Assembly (NCBI RefSeq): GCF_009914755.1 | Contig: NC_060935.1 | Strand: one strand, 5' to 3' | DNA: 64,000 nucleotides | Source: the human T2T-CHM13v2.0 reference genome, Homo sapiens | Shown here: positions 58,660 to 64,000 of the stretch, in pieces | Layout of the letters: every line of letters begins with the position of its first letter | How positions within the stretch are numbered: the stretch's first letter is position 1 | Program-made: the position numbers and the translations under genes | The notes under the pieces: generated by a model | Told to the model about the DNA's origin: nothing | What the model saw: the letters and a program-made list of their open reading frames with translations, nothing else | Database searches by the model: none

Positions 58660-59386
58660 ATTTTTTTAAGCTCAGTGTTACTAAAATATAATTCACATAC
58701 CATACAATTCACCCATTTAAAATGTACAAGTCAATGATTTAAGTATATTCGAAAAGTTACCCACCACCACAGTGAATTTTGGATCATTTCATGACACCAA
58801 AAAGAAACCCCACACCCAATGTCAGTCCCTCCCCATTTCCCCCAGTCCCTTCCACTCCAGCCCTGGCAACGACGAATCTACTTTCTGTCCCTGTTGATTT
58901 GCCTATTCTGGACATTTTATTTAAATGGAATCATACAGTATGACGTCCTTCTTTCACTGAGCAAAGTGTTTTTCATGTTCATACATGCTGTACATCCACA
59001 CCATAGCATGCATCAGTGCTCCATTTATTTTTATTGATGAATCAGGTTCTATTATATGAATAACCCACATTTTATTTATCCATTTATCACCTGAAGGAGA
59101 TTTGAGCTGTTTCCACTTTTTGTGTATAATGAATAATGTTGCTATAATCTTTTGGGTGGAGACATATTTTCATTTCACCTGGGTATAAATCTAGAAATGT
59201 GACTTCTGAGTCATGTGGTCACTCTGCATTTAACCTTTTGAAGAACTTTCTGGCTGTCTTTCAAAGGGGCTTCCCCATTCAGCATCCCCAACAGCAGGGT
59301 ATGAGGGTTCTCCATTCTCCATATCTTCACCAGCACATGTTATTTGCTGTCTTTGTGATTGTAGCCATCCTACAATCTGGGTGTGA
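58660..59386 (-). mobile_element. L1MB (L1MB7/8-like) 3' end
   Basis: TATAATTCACATACCATACAATTCACCCATTTAAAATGTACA..AAAAGAAACCCCACACCCA..CAGCCCTGGCAAC..GATTTGCCTATTCTGGACATTTTAT. Confidence 0.88.
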
Positions 59387-59994
59387 AGCCTCTATTTATT
59401 TACTGTTCTCTTTTGATTACTTCTTCTTTGACCATCATTTCTTCATGATTGAAATTAATAATTAATTCATGATTACCCCTTCTTTAAAATCAAAATAATG
59501 TCCAGTCCTGAATATGTCTCTGGTGGGAATAGCTCAACTGCAGAGAATGTGATAAGAGAGAAAAATGTCCACCACCGCCAAGGGCTGAAAATTTTACTAG
59601 GAGAAGACACAAACAAATCCCTCTTTCTAGACTTTTTTTCTCCATCTTTATCAGCCATTTTTTTTTTTTGCAGTGGAATTTAGGAAAAACATTAATGAGA
59701 GAAAATAAAACCATGGGAAGTAAACAGAACAAAGGTATATATTCACTATTTCACTGAACAAAAGATACCAGCAAAAAAGACAAACCACTCTTCACACCCA
59801 AAAGCCAAAATGGGGACTGACACTAGGGCAGGAATACTAGAGAGAAAACTCATCTTTCAATGACAACATGACTGTTCCAAAATTATAAGACTTACCTTTC
59901 TTACCGGAGCATAAAAAGGACTCCTTGACAATGACCCTGAGACATTTTTTCCTGTTTTCTCACAAGGCCCTGCATGTTCATAATAGATAATAAT

Positions 59995-60270
59995 GTTGCT
60001 GTTGGTTATTTAAGCTAACATGAATAAGCACTGACTATATTCAGACATTGAAATAAGTACATTATCTATACTTTTGCAGCAACTCAATAAGGGCATATGT
60101 GTATGTGAATGTGTGTGTGTGATTCCCATTTTACTTATGAGAAAACTGAGGCACAGATAGATTAAGAAACTTGACGATAGCCCCCAGTGAGTAATAGCAA
60201 GGACAGGGTTCAAGTCCCAACCTGTCTTATCTGGAATCTTATAGCATACCCACTAGATTTCACAGACTCT
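59995..60270 (-). mobile_element. MIR SINE
   Basis: CCCATTTTACTTATGAGAAAACTGAGGCACAGATAGATTAAGAAACTTG. Confidence 0.8.
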
Positions 60271-61023
60271 TGAAAAAAAAAGATATTTAGTGAATAAATG
60301 GATGAATATTTACAAATATCAAATTTGAGACATCTAGGAAAGGGAAAATAATGTTTTTGGAAGAAAGTATAAGTGAATAAAAGGACTTGTAGATGACAGA
60401 GTAAACTAACCTGCCACTTTTTCATTGATAGTTTAAAATCTACACATATCTATACATATCTACATCAAATAATTTAAGGTACATTTCTACAGGCTTTGAC
60501 TACAAGTGAGTACAATGAGTACAAAATTAATAGTAATAATTCCACAAGTGCCATTTCCCCTGCTTCCACAAAAACCTCTTTAACGCTTCAAAGTCTAATC
60601 CTATAGTCTAATCCAGTTGTTCCTTGGAGTGACTTGGAGATGTATCACCTGAGCTTGCAAACAATTCCTAGGGCTCCAGTGGCCACATGGCATCAGCAAG
60701 GTTCTTCCTCTCCTGTTCCAGTCTCCTCGTCAGTACCTGCTTCCTGATAAGCCAGTTCAGAGTACCACCCTCTTGCCCTCTGGCAGTGCCCACCATGGAG
60801 TATCCATGTTCTCATCACAAAGTCTGCATGCCTGCTCCATACAGAGTGGAGCTCTCAATACACCAAGGCTATGCCGGGTTTAGCGTAGATGTAGACAAAA
60901 GGCTCCTCTCCCTCACTTTGTCACCAGAGAACCAATGTAGAACTGGTTGTGTTTCAGAGTCTCCCAGGAAATAATGGAATTGTTCAAACAGTTTATCTTA
61001 CAGCTGCACTTTGCTTTCTATAG

Positions 61024-61214
61024 GGCTCAAATAGAAGCAGCTAATGCCGGCCCAGAGAACTTAAAAGATCTCAGATGTCCTCCTGGTGCTTCTCACCAAT
61101 CCTCCTTTACTGAGGCTTCTTTCCCACATGCAATTGAATTCCTTCACTAGATGCCAGGGAGCTGCTTGCTCTACTTGCTAACCGGTCAAACCCAGACATG
61201 TCTGAGTCCCAGGG
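61024..61214 (+). other. Candidate plus-strand exon (191 nt), probably non-coding
   Basis: Acceptor CTTTGCTTTCTATAG|G and donor GGG|GTGAGT in unique sequence. Confidence 0.3.
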
Positions 61215-61766
61215 GTGAGTGCAGCTTAGGCTGAAGCTGGGACCATGTCTGCATGACTTTTTAAACCCTTAATTATTTTGGAAATTTGATCAGATATTTT
61301 TGTCAGGTTTGGTACTGAGAGGGAGGAAACGTCATATTCTGCCAAATATAATTTGAGAATTGCAACTTACATGTTTTTCTCCATCGCCAAAATGCACCCC
61401 CTCAACTCAGATTAGGATGATGGTTATGAGGCAGCGTATTAAAATAAGAACCTGCCAACTTCACACAGACATGGAATGTGTTCCAGTGTTAAACAAACAA
61501 AAATGAGTGTGTATTGTGCATATGACTAATAGAATTTGACATTTAAGAGGTGAAATGAAAAATCAACAGATCAGTAATTAAGAGAAGCACAATGGCAAAG
61601 ATGTACAAATCAAAACATAGATTAAGCGGTCATTATTGTTTTTATTTTTTAACCAACTAAAATGTATTGACTTCTTACTATACCTAGGCATCAGAGATAT
61701 CAAGGAAAATATAACATGCTGGGTAAACTAATAATTGTAATGCAAGATGACATTGGTTATAATAAA

Positions 61767-61808
61767 GTAATGGAAACATGTTATTTGTAATGGAAACATG
61801 TTATTTGT
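61767..61808. repeat. Perfect 20-bp tandem duplication
   Basis: (GTAATGGAAACATGTTATTT)x2 + GT. Confidence 0.95.
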
Positions 61809-62569
61809 CCTAAAAACAAGAAAAGAGTGATTGAATCCTCCCAGTGTCATCAGAAATAGGTTCATTCAAGATGAATCTTGAGCTTTATCTACAAGATAGA
61901 TCAAAAGACATGGAGGTACCAAAGTCACTGAATTACAAAATCTAAGAGTCATGAGCAGTAATCGAATGAGGCACTTTCTAAAAAGGACAAATCTGGTACA
62001 GGCTTCAACTCGGGTTCCACGTGACTTAGCTGGGTGGCACGTGCCAGCTCTGTCTTTCCAGACCCACTTAGTTGTTCTCCCTGAGCCCTGTATTTAGAGA
62101 TGTAGCTCCAAGCAGTATCTTAGCCACTCATCAACAAAGCAGGAAATATCCTCTCCCCTGCCAGCTGGTGGCTCCAGTTGTGGTATCATTGCTGTAGACC
62201 CACTCTCTATGTGTACAGTTAACCCCTAGCACTTTGGTCTAGTCTGCACTTCTATTTTGGGTTATTGTTGATCTGTTTCCTGCTCAGCCCAGAAGTCTAA
62301 CTCAAACTAATCTGCTTGCTTAGGCTTGAGTCATGGTCTAGCACTTGTCATTTGACTGTCATCTGTAATCAGACCCTTCATTCTCTCTCCCAGCCTGCAT
62401 GAAATAACCTTTACTTTCTGAAAACCCCAGCAATTAGGGCGTGTCCATCAGAAAGGACGGCCTTTGCCATCAACACCACCTAGGCCTCATCTCCTTTTGT
62501 CTTCCTTCCTTCAACATTGTATAGTGAATTGCCAACTTTCCCTACAAAGCCCGTTTCTACCTATTCTCC

Positions 62570-63430
62570 AGCTGCCTATGCAACCTAGACCTTTCCCTTG
62601 AGCTCCAGATTCATCCAACAACTTTATGGATGTCTCCATTTCTTAGACTTACAGTTTCCACAAACTCAACATGCTTGTTTAAAAACCTCGATGGTGTCCT
62701 CAACCAACACCCCAATCAGCCCCAGATTCTCTCTTGTTTTGTATTTCATGGTTTCTGCACAATTGCCCAAGCCAGAACTTAGGAACTTTTCTCAACTATT
62801 CTCTCTCACCACCTACAAGTCAGTGATTCAGTCTTGTTGAGACTACCCATCAAATATGTCTCATTTTTACCCCCTTTCTCCATCCCAAATCCTTCTGCCA
62901 TGGTTCATGCCACCAGTACCGTTTTTCTGGAGTCTAGCCATAGCTTTGTCTCTACTATTGCACTGTCTCTTCTTCTCATAAGCTGAAGTCTGTACCGTGG
63001 ACTGTAATGGTTCCACAAAGCCCATCGGATGCTGCCATTTTGCGACTTTTATCCTTTTGATGATTCTGCTGTCTGTAAAATAAAGGGCAAATTCCTAGTG
63101 TGGTACCTAATGTCTCATAATCTCTTCTCCAGCAATGAAAAATATTGAGTGTTTCCCAAAATAAACTGTACTTTTCTCCCCATTCTTTTCATTGCCAGAG
63201 TTCTTCCTTCTGTCACCACAGAAAAATTCTATTAAGCTTTTAGGACCCAATTTTACAGTTATATACCCTGTGAAGCCTTATTTCGAAATCTCCTTTACAC
63301 TTTCATACAAGTATCCTATATGTGTCCCTTGTGCCATCCCTGTAACTTACATATATTGTAATCAGGGCACCCAACTTTATATATTATTTTCAGTTTTTGT
63401 TTAGTTCCCCCCTCCACTAGACAAGAAACT
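62570..63430 (+). mobile_element. L2 fragments
   Basis: CCTAGACCTTTCCCTTGAGCTCCAGATTCAT..GGATGTCTC..CAAACTCAACATG; CAATTGCCCAAGCCAGAAC; CTGCCATGGTTCATGCCACCA. Confidence 0.7.
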
Positions 63431-63464
63431 CTTTTTGGCATCTTTGATTATTCTACATCTAGTT

Positions 63465-63698
63465 AAGGATTTCTCAGCAATGATGATATTGGCATTCTGG
63501 GCCAGTAATTCTTTGTTTTTGGAGGGGTATTCTGCTCATTACATGATGCTTAGCAGCCCCTCTGTCCTCCACCCACTAGATGTTAGCAGGATATTCTTGA
63601 CTTCCCCAGTAGTGACAACCAAAAATGTCTTCAGGAATTTCTAAACGTTCCCTGCAAGGGTAGGGAATGATAAAATTGACCCCAGGTAAGAACCACTA
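63465..63698 (-). mobile_element. MER20 (hAT-Charlie) DNA transposon
   Basis: GGCCAGTAATTCTTTGTT..TAGCAGC..CACCCACTAGATG..GTGACAACCAAAAATGTCT..AAAATTGACCCCAGGTAAGAACCACT. Confidence 0.88.
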
Positions 63699-64000
63699 AT
63701 CAAATTTATAGTTTGGCATGTTGTCTAACTTGATCATTTGATGAATGAAAGGAAAAAGGAAAGGAGAGAGGGAAGGAAGAAAGGAAGGAAGGACAGAAAC
63801 ACATGAAGAAATACATGAAAAGTAGGATATAGAAGCATATAACAATATGGTATTTTTAAAAGAGCCAAAAATTGCACCCAGTCAGGGATCAGTCACCTGT
63901 AAGTCTAAGATTAAACTATCCTTGTTGATATCACTGGTAGTGAGAAGGTAGAAGCAAGAAAACATAAAATAAAAATGAAAGAAAAAATTATGTTAGAGAT

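Overview
This window is AT-rich (roughly 40% GC by eye), CpG-poor primate genomic DNA. AluY copies place it in the catarrhine lineage and it is most likely human. It has no CpG island and no protein-coding gene I can recognise, and I could not identify the locus. Almost every ORF in the supplied track is explained by L1, Alu, Tigger or microsatellite sequence. The first 16 kb holds two back-to-back LINE-1s: an old minus-strand L1M(D)-type element (~1.9-7.7 kb) and a full-length plus-strand L1PA12-like element (9.4-16.0 kb) with a nested, heavily 5'-truncated AluY. The remainder contains 6 more Alus, solo LTRs (MLT2A, an older MLT2, MSTA-like, LTR16-like, MER57/93-like, MLT1-like), DNA-transposon relics (MER44/Tigger7, MER20), many MIR/L2 fragments and several microsatellites. 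Five observations stand out. (1) An intact MLT2A solo LTR keeps a DUX4-type motif, a TATA box and a splice donor but has lost its poly(A) signal, and lies upstream of several candidate plus-strand exons. (2) An Alu has become a left-left-right trimer through a recent 135-bp duplication. (3) There is a perfect 15-bp-stem hairpin at 25.25 kb. (4) Several oriented CTCF-like motifs occur, one of them palindromic. (5) A frame-symmetric 111-nt minus-strand exon candidate sits at the left edge. Repeat subfamily names come from recalled consensus features, not from a RepeatMasker run, and boundaries of old repeats are approximate.
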